34,069 nt of DNA. Source: a virus (taxonomy: Duplodnaviria; Caudoviricetes). The translations under genes were made by a program, and so were the position numbers. Below, piece by piece: positions 21,569 to 30,352 of the stretch (its first letter is position 1; each line of letters begins with the position of its first letter). Location of the stretch: IMG/VR virus record IMGVR_UViG_3300010334_000156, positions 1 to 34,069 of that record; one strand, given 5' to 3'. The notes beneath the pieces were generated by a model. It did not search any database and was not told the DNA's origin. It saw only the letters and a list, made by a program, of their open reading frames with translations.

Positions 21569-22003
21569 TTATTTGTTACTGGCTGCTGCGGTTCCAAAAT
21601 AGAAACCTACGATACTCAATAGAACTTCTCTGTTTTCTGATGTCCAGAAGAATCCATTGATTTCTACGAAAGCCTTCTTGGCTGATGCTGGAATTAAACC
21701 AAACAATACTTCTGGATTCTTGACATCTACTTCTACGAATGTTGGGACACCAAAGAATGGTAAAATAAATGGTGCTGCAAATGCTCCAAACAATACTGTT
21801 AGCACGATTATTTGTCTTACAACTCTACCAGTGTCAAGCGGTACTCTTTGAGCAGCCGAATTTTGATTATCGGTTGTCTGCTTATTTGCTTGGATCATTT
21901 GCTGGAACAATTCCTTTTGATCTGCACTCTTTTGAGCGAGATACTTGAAAAGGAATCCAGTAAATCCGCCTCCGACTAAACTTATTAACTCTGGTGAAAA
22001 CAT
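21569..22003 (-). CDS. Membrane protein, putative holin (3TM GTA-holin-like)
   Basis: Three hydrophobic segments, C-terminal IVGFYFG motif; GAGG RBS upstream. Confidence 0.6.
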   Translation of the reverse strand: MFSPELISLVGGGFTGFLFKYLAQKSADQKELFQQMIQANKQTTDNQNSAAQRVPLDTGRVVRQIIVLTVLFGAFAAPFILPFFGVPTFVEVDVKNPEVLFGLIPASAKKAFVEINGFFWTSENREVLLSIVGFYFGTAAASNK

Positions 22004-22011
22004 AATTTACC

Positions 22012-22608
22012 TCAATTCTTTTGTTCGGATAATTTTATCTCTATTGAGTTCTTGATGTTCAAAAACTCTTCCATGTAAGTTTTTTCTTTTCTCAAATCTG
22101 GATCGTAATTTTTGTGCCATTGAATCAACAAAAACCCAGAAATCATGTAACCGCTTTTTAATGGCAAGCAAGCAATATGAGAAATGCATTCATCATCAAA
22201 AAAATGTCTCGGTTCTGTATGCTCGGGAAGTTTATCTACAGAAATTATTTTTGCTTTATTTTGAATTATTTCAGTAATCAGTGGACTATACAAAGAACAC
22301 AAAACATTGTGTAGTCTATGGTTTTGGGAACTGTAAATTTTGTGATGAGATTCGTGTGATACGCTGAATTTATGCATAGAGATGCCATCAGCGAAGTATC
22401 CACCGTTATGAAATTGGAATACGCTGGTTCTCATTGAATTTGTTTTGACTCTGAGTTCGGCCAGCAATGCATGAATGTCATTCTGAATTGTGAAAAAGTT
22501 TTTGGTTTTCTTGTGCGATTTCCAAAACTTATTTACTCCAAAGAATACTCCGAGTAAACTTGATACCAAAAAAGAAATATTTTCTGTAATTTTTCCGTAT
22601 TCTAGCAT
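22012..22608 (-). CDS. N-terminal TM plus GAF-like domain protein (T4 holin T-like architecture)
   Basis: On the minus strand (CAT at 22606-22608, TCA at 22012-22014) although the track says +. TM ISFLVSSLLGVFFGV, then a GAF-like pattern LLAELRVKTNSMRTSVFQFHNG...IACLPLKSGYMISGFLLIQW. Confidence 0.6.
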   Translation of the reverse strand: MLEYGKITENISFLVSSLLGVFFGVNKFWKSHKKTKNFFTIQNDIHALLAELRVKTNSMRTSVFQFHNGGYFADGISMHKFSVSHESHHKIYSSQNHRLHNVLCSLYSPLITEIIQNKAKIISVDKLPEHTEPRHFFDDECISHIACLPLKSGYMISGFLLIQWHKNYDPDLRKEKTYMEEFLNIKNSIEIKLSEQKN

Positions 22609-22636
22609 TTCTACCCCAATAAAATATCTTACTTAA

Positions 22637-22644
22637 TATTTAGA
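22637..22644 (-). promoter_or_regulatory. Putative late promoter (TCTAAATA) for the minus-strand cassette
   Basis: Reverse complement of tatttaga; 28 nt upstream of the 22608 start. Confidence 0.5.
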
Positions 22645-22647
22645 TTC

Positions 22648-22675
22648 TTGACCTCCCTTAAATAGGGTGTATACT
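22648..22675 (+). promoter_or_regulatory. Sigma70-like promoter, probably leaderless
   Basis: TTGACC-16 bp-TATACT, then 6 nt, then ATG 22682. Confidence 0.78.
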
Positions 22676-22681
22676 GCGTAC

Positions 22682-22999
22682 ATGACTAGAGACGAATTGT
22701 TTCAATTACACCAAACCGTTTGTGGCCGCGCACTAATCATTCTGCAACATAAATCAAATGATTATGCTACAAGCACGGATCCTTTCGCAAATTTTAAGCG
22801 TGGAGAAATTTTAGGCTTTTCAAGTGCCGAAAATGGCCTGATGCTTCGCGTTGTGGATAAAATTTCCAGAATTTCTACATTTTTGCAAAAAGGTGAACTA
22901 AAGGTTGGAAACGAGACAGTTCAGGATAGCATCTTGGATGTCATCAATTACATGATACTATTGCAGGGAATGCTGGAAGATAAAGAAAAGAAATCATGA
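22682..22999 (+). CDS. DUF1599 / nucleotide-modification-associated domain 1-like protein
   Basis: KSNDYA...DPFANF...LRVVDKISRI...ETVQDSILDVINY pattern; stop overlaps the gp43 start (ATGA). Confidence 0.7.
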   Translation: MTRDELFQLHQTVCGRALIILQHKSNDYATSTDPFANFKRGEILGFSSAENGLMLRVVDKISRISTFLQKGELKVGNETVQDSILDVINYMILLQGMLEDKEKKS

Positions 23000-25497
23000 A
23001 ATTTTATACTGCCTGCGCTCTTAAAGGTAACAAGGTTCTTGTTCGTGGCTATCGCAATGGAGAACGTTTTACGGACTCCATTGCTTTCAAGCCATCGCTT
23101 TTTATCAAATCAGATAAAGACACCAAGCACCGTACCATGAATGGCATCAAAGTCAAACGCATGACGTTTGACACTCTATATGACTGCAGGCAGTTTCTAG
23201 ACCAATACAGGGATCTCCCAGATTGTCCTATCTATGGCAACACTGATTTCATCACTCAATATCTCATGGAGACTTATCCGACTGAGGTGGAATACGATCT
23301 TTCCCAGATCAAAGTAGCCTACCTCGACTTGGAATGTGAATCTGAAGGCGGATTTCCGGATCTGGACAATCCAAATGAGAGGATTAATCTAGTAAGTATC
23401 CGGGTTTCCGGTATTACTTATGTTCTCTCCTTTACACCTATAACTTTGCCTACAGCCAAGGTTATAATGGTCTCAAGTGAGAAGGAACTAATAAAGAAGA
23501 TCTTTGAAGTCCTTGCCCAGGAAGATGTTGACATTCTTTCTGGTTGGAACATCAAACTATTTGATATGCCCTACATAATTGGTAGGGCTAGACTGTTCTT
23601 TGAGGAGAAGGAAATCCAGAACTGGTTGCCGTTTGGTTTGATGAAGGAGCGGGAGACAGACATTGGTGGCAAGAAGTATAAACTGTTTGAGTTCCCCGGC
23701 TACACGATCTTGGATTATATGGATCTGTACAAGAAGTTTTCGGGTACGAGTCAGGAAAGTTACGCCCTACAGAACATTGCAAAGGTAGAACTAAATGCTC
23801 AAAAACTGGATTATAGTGAGTATGGCTCATTGCGGGAGTTTTATAAGCAAAACTTTCAAAGGTTTGCAGAGTATAACGTCCAAGATGCGGTGCTGGTTGA
23901 ACAGCTTGACAATAAACTCAAACTGATCGATCTTGCAGTATCCATAGCCTTTGAAGCAAAGATTACATTTGATACTGTCTTCTTTGCAACGCGGATCTGG
24001 GAAACGATTTGCTGCGATTATCTTGCTCGTAAACAAATTGTTCCTCCTCTGAAACGCAGTTATGCCAAGGATGACCAGTTTGTAGGTGCATATGTAAAAG
24101 ACGTAACTCCGGGTCTTTACAACAATGTTGTTAGTTTTGATGCAACAAGTCTGTATCCTAGTATCATTATGCAATGGAATATTTCACCTGAAACCTGTGT
24201 TGTTAAGGACTCATCACTGAATGCTGATGACTTCCTCCGAAGCAAGCGCAAGGAAATTCCAGATATGATTGAGGACGCAATCAGCCGAAACGCATCTTTG
24301 GCATGTAATGGTAGTATGTTTACAAATAATGTTCGTGGCTTCATTCCTACATTGATTGAGATTACCTTCAACCAGCGCCAAGAAGCAAAGAAGAAGATGA
24401 TTGCGTTAGAGAAGGAATACGAATCCTCAAAGAATGCAGATCTTCTGCCACGGATTGCTGCTCTGAAGATTCGTCAATCAGTAAAGAAGATTTTGGCGAA
24501 TAGTCTCTATGGTTGCTTGGGAAATCCTGCATTTACATATTCATCACCTGAGTTGGCTACAGCCGTTACAGTTACGGGTCAGGTAATCATTCGCAAGGCA
24601 GAAAATTGCATGAATGATTATATTCAAAAGATTACTAAGACAAATGATGATTATGTTATTGCTGTAGATACTGATTCCGTGTATTTAAATCTGAATCCAA
24701 TCGTAGAACATATTTCTTCTAAAACTAAGATAGGTAATGTAACAGATTTTATCAATCAAGTTTGTGAACAAAAAATTCAACCTGAGTTCAAGAAAGAAAT
24801 GGAACTGCTCTCCGCTACTCTTGGATGTTCTGAAAACAAGATCGTGTTCAAGCGTGAAGCAATTGCTTCTGCCGGGATGTTTATTGCCAAGAAGCGATAT
24901 GCCTTGCTGGTTCAGGATCTGGAAGGTGTTAGATTTACTGAGCCAAAACTAAAGATCATGGGACTTGAAACTGCTCGTAGCAGCACTCCAATGATTGTAA
25001 GAAATAAACTCAAGGACTGCATCAAGATTATCTTGACCAAGACTCCAGATGAACTTAGGAAATATGTTGATGAATTCTATAATGAATTCATGAAACTTCC
25101 CATCGAAGATATCGCATCTCCACGGGGAGTAAAGGGTGTTCGTCAATATTCAGATCACACATCGATATACAGCAAGGGCACTCCGATTGCAACCAAAGCA
25201 GCGCTTCTACATAATGCATATGTCAAAAAACTTGGTCTCGATAAAGAAATTCCACCTGTCAAGGAAAATGACAAGATAAAGTTTGTATTCGTTAATGTTC
25301 CAAATCCGTATGGTATGTGTGGGCGAGATGCCGTTATTGGATTCATCGGTAAGGCTCCAGTACAGTTCAATCTTGAAAAGTATGTTGACCGCAAGAAACA
25401 GTTTGAGAAAACATTCAATGAACCTCTTGATAATATATTGAAAGCAATCAATTGGTCAATAAATGAGCAACTGACACTTGAATCCTTCTTCATTTGA
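22996..25497 (+). CDS. gp43: Family B DNA polymerase (T4 gp43)
   Basis: Exonuclease motifs YLDLECE, GWNIKLFDMPY, YNVQD; polymerase motifs SFDATSLYPSII, KKILANSLYG, DTDS, KKRYAL; C-terminal clamp-binding LESFF. Confidence 0.97.
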   Translation: MKFYTACALKGNKVLVRGYRNGERFTDSIAFKPSLFIKSDKDTKHRTMNGIKVKRMTFDTLYDCRQFLDQYRDLPDCPIYGNTDFITQYLMETYPTEVEYDLSQIKVAYLDLECESEGGFPDLDNPNERINLVSIRVSGITYVLSFTPITLPTAKVIMVSSEKELIKKIFEVLAQEDVDILSGWNIKLFDMPYIIGRARLFFEEKEIQNWLPFGLMKERETDIGGKKYKLFEFPGYTILDYMDLYKKFSGTSQESYALQNIAKVELNAQKLDYSEYGSLREFYKQNFQRFAEYNVQDAVLVEQLDNKLKLIDLAVSIAFEAKITFDTVFFATRIWETICCDYLARKQIVPPLKRSYAKDDQFVGAYVKDVTPGLYNNVVSFDATSLYPSIIMQWNISPETCVVKDSSLNADDFLRSKRKEIPDMIEDAISRNASLACNGSMFTNNVRGFIPTLIEITFNQRQEAKKKMIALEKEYESSKNADLLPRIAALKIRQSVKKILANSLYGCLGNPAFTYSSPELATAVTVTGQVIIRKAENCMNDYIQKITKTNDDYVIAVDTDSVYLNLNPIVEHISSKTKIGNVTDFINQVCEQKIQPEFKKEMELLSATLGCSENKIVFKREAIASAGMFIAKKRYALLVQDLEGVRFTEPKLKIMGLETARSSTPMIVRNKLKDCIKIILTKTPDELRKYVDEFYNEFMKLPIEDIASPRGVKGVRQYSDHTSIYSKGTPIATKAALLHNAYVKKLGLDKEIPPVKENDKIKFVFVNVPNPYGMCGRDAVIGFIGKAPVQFNLEKYVDRKKQFEKTFNEPLDNILKAINWSINEQLTLESFFI

Positions 25498-25505
25498 GAT
25501 ATAAT
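25478..25505 (+). promoter_or_regulatory. Sigma70-like promoter, probably leaderless
   Basis: TTGAAT-16 bp-TATAAT, then 6 nt, then ATG 25512. Confidence 0.7.
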
Positions 25506-25511
25506 TGATAT

Positions 25512-25763
25512 ATGGATTATAATACTCCACAATATAGTGTCTTCGATAAAGATAATGATGAAGTTGAACAGGCTATAAAAAACATGTATAAAAGTAGATA
25601 TAAAACTTATAAACAGTCTGTACTGCCCAGTCAGAAAATACATGAAGATAAAAAAATTCAGTATCCTCTGCTAAACAAAGATCAAATAATTGCTGATCTC
25701 AAAGAAGAGATTGAAGATCTCAAGAAAGAGATTGAGATGTTGAAGGCTATGAACGAGGAATAA
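25512..25763 (+). CDS. Hypothetical protein with C-terminal coiled coil
   Basis: 83 aa; IADLKEEIEDLKKEIEMLKAM heptads; has its own promoter. Confidence 0.7.
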   Translation: MDYNTPQYSVFDKDNDEVEQAIKNMYKSRYKTYKQSVLPSQKIHEDKKIQYPLLNKDQIIADLKEEIEDLKKEIEMLKAMNEE

Positions 25764-25769
25764 TAAGAT

Positions 25770-26051
25770 ATGGTTAAAAAATTTAAATCCAGATATGGTG
25801 ATGAACGAATTCTCACTCTCCTTGAAGATGGATCTTATCGAGTCGAAGGTAGGACGCTTTATACTCGCCACGGTGATGGGCTATTTGATTTTGAAGGTGG
25901 CCCATGCTTTATGGTTGGTGATAGACTTCTTAATGTTGATGATGAAGTAATCATTGAATCTCTTAAAATTGACGAAAGCGTAGTTGACAGTGACTACGCA
26001 GCTGTTATTATTAAGACTAGAAAGGCAAAACGTGGCAAAGCGCGCTTCTAA
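25770..26051 (+). CDS. Hypothetical protein
   Basis: 93 aa, tightly packed in the operon (KSRYGDER...FDFEGGP). Confidence 0.7.
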   Translation: MVKKFKSRYGDERILTLLEDGSYRVEGRTLYTRHGDGLFDFEGGPCFMVGDRLLNVDDEVIIESLKIDESVVDSDYAAVIIKTRKAKRGKARF

Positions 26052-26391
26052 GAAAAAGTTTGGTACCCTACTAAGACATAGGCATGAGTATTCTATTCTA
26101 AAAGAATCAGAAGATGATTTTAAGAAAAGAATAACTGGAATGCCCGTATATCTTTTGCTTATGGAATATAAAAACATTTGCGAAGAGTATGGCATTGAAT
26201 CTCATAAAGTTAAACATGAATGGACTGAGACTATTTCTAAGATTTATGAAAGATTGAATCTTGTCCAAAAAGAAATTATGCACACTGTACATCACATGTA
26301 TGACAACATGTTGATGTCGGATTATTACGCAGATCAAGCATATCAAGAAAAGGAAAAGAATGTCAAAGTATCTAAAAAGCCTGTTAAGTAA
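26032..26391 (+). CDS. Hypothetical protein
   Basis: Probable GTG start at 26032 after AAAGG (MAKRASKKKFG...); fills the gap to uvsX. Confidence 0.6.
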   Translation: MAKRASKKKFGTLLRHRHEYSILKESEDDFKKRITGMPVYLLLMEYKNICEEYGIESHKVKHEWTETISKIYERLNLVQKEIMHTVHHMYDNMLMSDYYADQAYQEKEKNVKVSKKPVK

Positions 26392-27382
26392 AATTGATAA
26401 TCCAGACGCAAGTTTAGTATCTGAAGGAATTGATGGTGCAGATGTATCCGGGTTTATTGACACCGGATCTTATGCATTGAATGCCTTATTGTCTGGCTCG
26501 ATCTTTGGTGGATTGCCAAACAATAAGATCTCTTGCTTGGCAGGAGATCCGGCAACAGGAAAGACCTTCTATGCGATTGGTATCGCAGGCCAATTCCTGA
26601 AGGATCATAAAGATGGTGTTGTGATTTATTTTGATACCGAACAGGCAGTTACATCTGACATGTTCAATGCGCGTGGTGTTGATCCTGAACGCATTGCGGT
26701 AATTCCTGTTGCCACAATTGAAGAATTCAAGACGCAATCCCTCAAGATTGTGAATGACATTCTTGAGCAGCCTGAGGACGAGCGAAAGCCAGTATTCATG
26801 ATTCTTGACTCACTTGGTATGTTGTCTACCCGTAAAGAGATGACTGACTCTGCTGAAGGCAAAGATGTTCGTGATATGACCAAAGCACAACAGACCAAGG
26901 CAACCTTCCGTGTTCTTACATTGAAATTGGGCAAGGCAAAGATTCCTATGCTTATGACAAATCACACATATCAGGTTATTGGTGCTTATGTACCAACTAA
27001 GGAACTTGGCGGTGGTATTGGTCTTAAATACGCAGCCAGCAATATCCTAACACTCTCCAAGAGTAAGGACAAGACTGATGAAGGTGTAGTTGGAAACTTC
27101 ATTAAGTGCACCAACTACAAGAATCGTTTTGTCAAGGAGAACATGAATGTTGAAACTCGCTTGAACTATACTTCCGGTTTGAGCAGATATTATGGCTTGA
27201 CCGATTTGGCAATGAAGTATAATATATTTAAGAAGGTTTCAACCAGAGTTGAACTTCCTGATGGAACAAAAGTATTTGAAAAGAACATTGATGATGAACC
27301 TGAAAAGTATTTTACAAAAGATATCTTGGAAAAACTTGACGCAGAGATTCAAAAGGATTTCAAGTATGGACAAGGCACCTGA
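26360..27382 (+). CDS. uvsX: RecA-like recombinase UvsX
   Basis: IDTGSYALNALLSGS, Walker A GDPATGKT, YFDTE, ILDSLGML, DMTKA, NHTY, GGG. Confidence 0.95.
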   Translation: MSKYLKSLLSKIDNPDASLVSEGIDGADVSGFIDTGSYALNALLSGSIFGGLPNNKISCLAGDPATGKTFYAIGIAGQFLKDHKDGVVIYFDTEQAVTSDMFNARGVDPERIAVIPVATIEEFKTQSLKIVNDILEQPEDERKPVFMILDSLGMLSTRKEMTDSAEGKDVRDMTKAQQTKATFRVLTLKLGKAKIPMLMTNHTYQVIGAYVPTKELGGGIGLKYAASNILTLSKSKDKTDEGVVGNFIKCTNYKNRFVKENMNVETRLNYTSGLSRYYGLTDLAMKYNIFKKVSTRVELPDGTKVFEKNIDDEPEKYFTKDILEKLDAEIQKDFKYGQGT

Positions 27383-27689
27383 ATTTATTTTCCTTCCCGA
27401 AGAATCTTTGGACATAACACAAACATGTCCAATAAAAATAATTTCAGGGGAATTCAAGGATATTGTTTATCGTTATGGTAAAATTTCCTTTCAAGAAACT
27501 GAAAATGATGGATTGAACATTACAATGGATATTGAAATAATTCGTGCTCCTGAAGGATTTGATAAACAAAGTTCAGAATTCACAAAAGCCACTGGTAATA
27601 TTTTTGTTAAAATTATTGAAGAACAAGTCGATTCCGAACCATCTGATTTGGAAGCGGATGTTCACGAAGAACGTTTGGACAACTCCTAA
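27366..27689 (+). CDS. Hypothetical protein at the T4 gp40 position (between uvsX and gp41)
   Basis: ATG 27366; IKIISGEFKDIVYRYGKI; assignment rests on synteny only. Confidence 0.6.
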   Translation: MDKAPEFIFLPEESLDITQTCPIKIISGEFKDIVYRYGKISFQETENDGLNITMDIEIIRAPEGFDKQSSEFTKATGNIFVKIIEEQVDSEPSDLEADVHEERLDNS

Positions 27690-27703
27690 TTAAGTGATAT
27701 ACT
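27676..27703 (+). promoter_or_regulatory. Sigma70-like promoter with extended -10, probably leaderless
   Basis: TGGACA-16 bp-TATACT with TGn before the -10, then 6 nt, then ATG 27710. Confidence 0.72.
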
Positions 27704-27709
27704 AAAAAC

Positions 27710-29128
27710 ATGGAAACAGTAATTCTCAAGAACCTAGTTCTCAATGAGGACTATGCTCGCAAGGTTGTTCCTTTTCTGCAGGAAGAATACTTCCACGATA
27801 AAGCAGAGAAGACAGTCTTCAATATCGTAAGCAAGTTCATTCTCAAGTACAACAGCATTCCAACCAAGGATGCTGTTATGATCTCTCTCGGTGACGAGAA
27901 GGGTCTCGGAGAATCAGAATTCAAGAAGTGTTCTTCCATCACCGATGAAATGTACAAGGAAGGCGAGAAGTCAGATACCATCTGGCTTGTCGAGAACACC
28001 GAGAAGTTTTGCAAGGAAAAGGCCATATACAATGGTATCATGGCATCGATTGGTATTATTGAAGGAAAAGACAAGGAGCAAACTCAAAATGCAATTCCAG
28101 AGATCATGTCAAAGGCTCTTTCAGTATCTTTTGATACCCGAGTTGGTCACGATTTTCTCGAAGATGTTGATGAGCGTTATGAATATTATCATCGTGTCGA
28201 AGAGAAAGTTCCTTTCGATCTTGAAATGTTTAACGTCATTACCAGAGGTGGTGTACGTAAAAAGACGCTGAATGTAGTCATGGCTGCATCGGGTGTAGGC
28301 AAGAGTGCGTTCCTGTGCCACCATGCTGCTGCGTGTCTATCTCAAAATCTTAATGTTCTTTACATTACACTTGAGATGGCTGAAGAGGAGATTGCAAAGA
28401 GAATCGATGCAAATCTTCTTGACAGCGATATGCATGTTCTTGAGCAGATGCCTCTTGAAAAGTATGAGAGCAAGGTAGAGGCTCTTAAGCGTACATGTCG
28501 CGGAAAGTTGATCATCAAGGAATATCCAACCGCCGCAGCGAACGTGACACACTTCCGCAATCTGATGGAAGAATTAAAAATCAAGAAGAAGTTTATGCCA
28601 GATGTTATCTTTGTTGATTATCTGAATATTTGTTCATGTGCACGTTTCAAGATGGGTAACGGCATGAACAGTTATACCTACGTCAAGGGTATCGCAGAAG
28701 AACTTCGTGGTCTCGCCAAGCAGTTCAATGTACCGCTGTGGACAGCCACGCAGGTAAACCGTGAGGGCGCAAAGAGCAGCGACATGGAGATGACTGATAC
28801 ATCTGAAAGTTTTGGTCTACCACAAACTGCAGATTTTTTCATTGCCTTGATTGAGAATGAAGAATTGGCCGAGGCCGGCCAATTGATGGTCAAGCAATTG
28901 AAGAATCGTGGAAATGATACGACCAAGAATCGCAAGTTCTTGATTGGTGTAAATAAATCAAAGATGAAATTTTATGATGTCGATAATAGTAACAATAACC
29001 TTGTTAATTCTAATAATACTGAGGAAGAAGGATTCGGATCAGGATCAGACCCGATAACATTTGATTCCAAATTTGGAAAGCGTAAGAATAAGACAGTCAA
29101 CTGGACTTTTGAAGACGCTGGCAAATGA
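27710..29128 (+). CDS. gp41: Replicative DnaB-like helicase (T4 gp41)
   Basis: Walker A AASGVGKS, YITLEMAEE, IKEYPT, IFVDYLNI, ATQVNR, SESFGLP, KQLKNR. Confidence 0.96.
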   Translation: METVILKNLVLNEDYARKVVPFLQEEYFHDKAEKTVFNIVSKFILKYNSIPTKDAVMISLGDEKGLGESEFKKCSSITDEMYKEGEKSDTIWLVENTEKFCKEKAIYNGIMASIGIIEGKDKEQTQNAIPEIMSKALSVSFDTRVGHDFLEDVDERYEYYHRVEEKVPFDLEMFNVITRGGVRKKTLNVVMAASGVGKSAFLCHHAAACLSQNLNVLYITLEMAEEEIAKRIDANLLDSDMHVLEQMPLEKYESKVEALKRTCRGKLIIKEYPTAAANVTHFRNLMEELKIKKKFMPDVIFVDYLNICSCARFKMGNGMNSYTYVKGIAEELRGLAKQFNVPLWTATQVNREGAKSSDMEMTDTSESFGLPQTADFFIALIENEELAEAGQLMVKQLKNRGNDTTKNRKFLIGVNKSKMKFYDVDNSNNNLVNSNNTEEEGFGSGSDPITFDSKFGKRKNKTVNWTFEDAGK

Positions 29129-30111
29129 GTATATATATTGACAAGAAGTATGTTAACATGGTATCCGGTTCACTTCAGAAGTTTAAGTGGAAAAAGGATA
29201 ATCTAGCCACATGCAGATGTTTTAAATGTGGCGACTCAAAGAGAAATAAGTCCAAGACAAGGGGATATTTCTTTGAGCATAAAGGAAAATATGTTTACAA
29301 ATGCCACAATTGCGGCCTTTCTTGCAATCTATACGGTGTACTTGAAACTATTAGCCCGACACTCTGCAAAGAGTATGCATTTGAAAATTTTAAAGACAAG
29401 AGCCCGGAACCAATTGAAGAACATAAACAAGAAATACGGCAACCCATGTTCACCAATTTGGGAACTAGACTCGATCTACTCGATGAAGATCATAAAGCAG
29501 TAAAATATGTTAAGTCTAGAGAAATTCCAAAAGAAAAGTATAGCAGCTTTTATTACTGCGCTGATTTCAGTAGGATCATGGCGGATTTTGATCGTCAAGG
29601 AACCAAAGAAGATAGACTCGTCATTCCGTTCTATGACGAGGATGGCTCACTACTTGGCATACAGGGGAGATCCTTTGAAGAAAAGAAAGATTCAATACGT
29701 TACATCACCCTCAAGAAAGACGGCGAGGAACGGCTTTGGTACAACCTAGATAAGGTAGACCCCCGTGAAACTGTTTATGTTACGGAAGGACCTATTGACT
29801 CCATGTTCATTCCAAATGGAGTTGCAATGCAAGGAGCAGGATGGTTGGACACACTTCCTGCAAAGATTGAAAAGTCAAATATTGTTTTTGTTTTTGACAA
29901 TGAACCAAGGAATGCCGAGATTGTTCAGTTGATTGGAAAATATATTGAGGCTGGAAGAAACGTAGTAATCTGGCCTCCTGAAATAGAAAAGAAAGACATT
30001 AATGACATGGTTAAAGTTTATGGAATCAACACAACTGTTAAACTTGTAATCAACAATGTTTATTCTGGACTAAAAGCCAAGATGAAGTATACTTACTGGA
30101 AGAAGGTATAA
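29125..30111 (+). CDS. gp61: DNA primase (T4 gp61)
   Basis: Zn finger CFKCGDS...CHNC, TOPRIM EGPIDS, FDNEPRN, KDINDM. Confidence 0.95.
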   Translation: MSIYIDKKYVNMVSGSLQKFKWKKDNLATCRCFKCGDSKRNKSKTRGYFFEHKGKYVYKCHNCGLSCNLYGVLETISPTLCKEYAFENFKDKSPEPIEEHKQEIRQPMFTNLGTRLDLLDEDHKAVKYVKSREIPKEKYSSFYYCADFSRIMADFDRQGTKEDRLVIPFYDEDGSLLGIQGRSFEEKKDSIRYITLKKDGEERLWYNLDKVDPRETVYVTEGPIDSMFIPNGVAMQGAGWLDTLPAKIEKSNIVFVFDNEPRNAEIVQLIGKYIEAGRNVVIWPPEIEKKDINDMVKVYGINTTVKLVINNVYSGLKAKMKYTYWKKV

Positions 30112-30112
30112 A

Positions 30113-30352
30113 ATGAGTAATGAAGACGAAGATTTATCTGATGAAGAGTCATTGCTTGCAAGCCAAGCATACATAACATTTGTACAAAGATTTGGTGAAT
30201 ATGTAAAAGAGATGGATCCAAAACTTTGGGCACGTGCCAGAGAATATGCAGCAGACTTCACAAAGATACCCGGTGTAAAAGTTGAACTTGTAGATAATGA
30301 TGAGGATGAGATTGATGACCGAAATTCAGAACATAAAAATGGAGCAGACTAA
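30113..30352 (+). CDS. Small acidic hypothetical protein
   Basis: 79 aa between primase and thyX. Confidence 0.65.
   Translation: MSNEDEDLSDEESLLASQAYITFVQRFGEYVKEMDPKLWARAREYAADFTKIPGVKVELVDNDEDEIDDRNSEHKNGAD

Noticed and set aside
22012-22608. ORF track gives a + strand for the 198-aa MLEYGK... protein
   Set aside because: The translation matches the reverse complement (CAT at 22606-22608, stop TCA at 22012-22014); the gene is on the minus strand.
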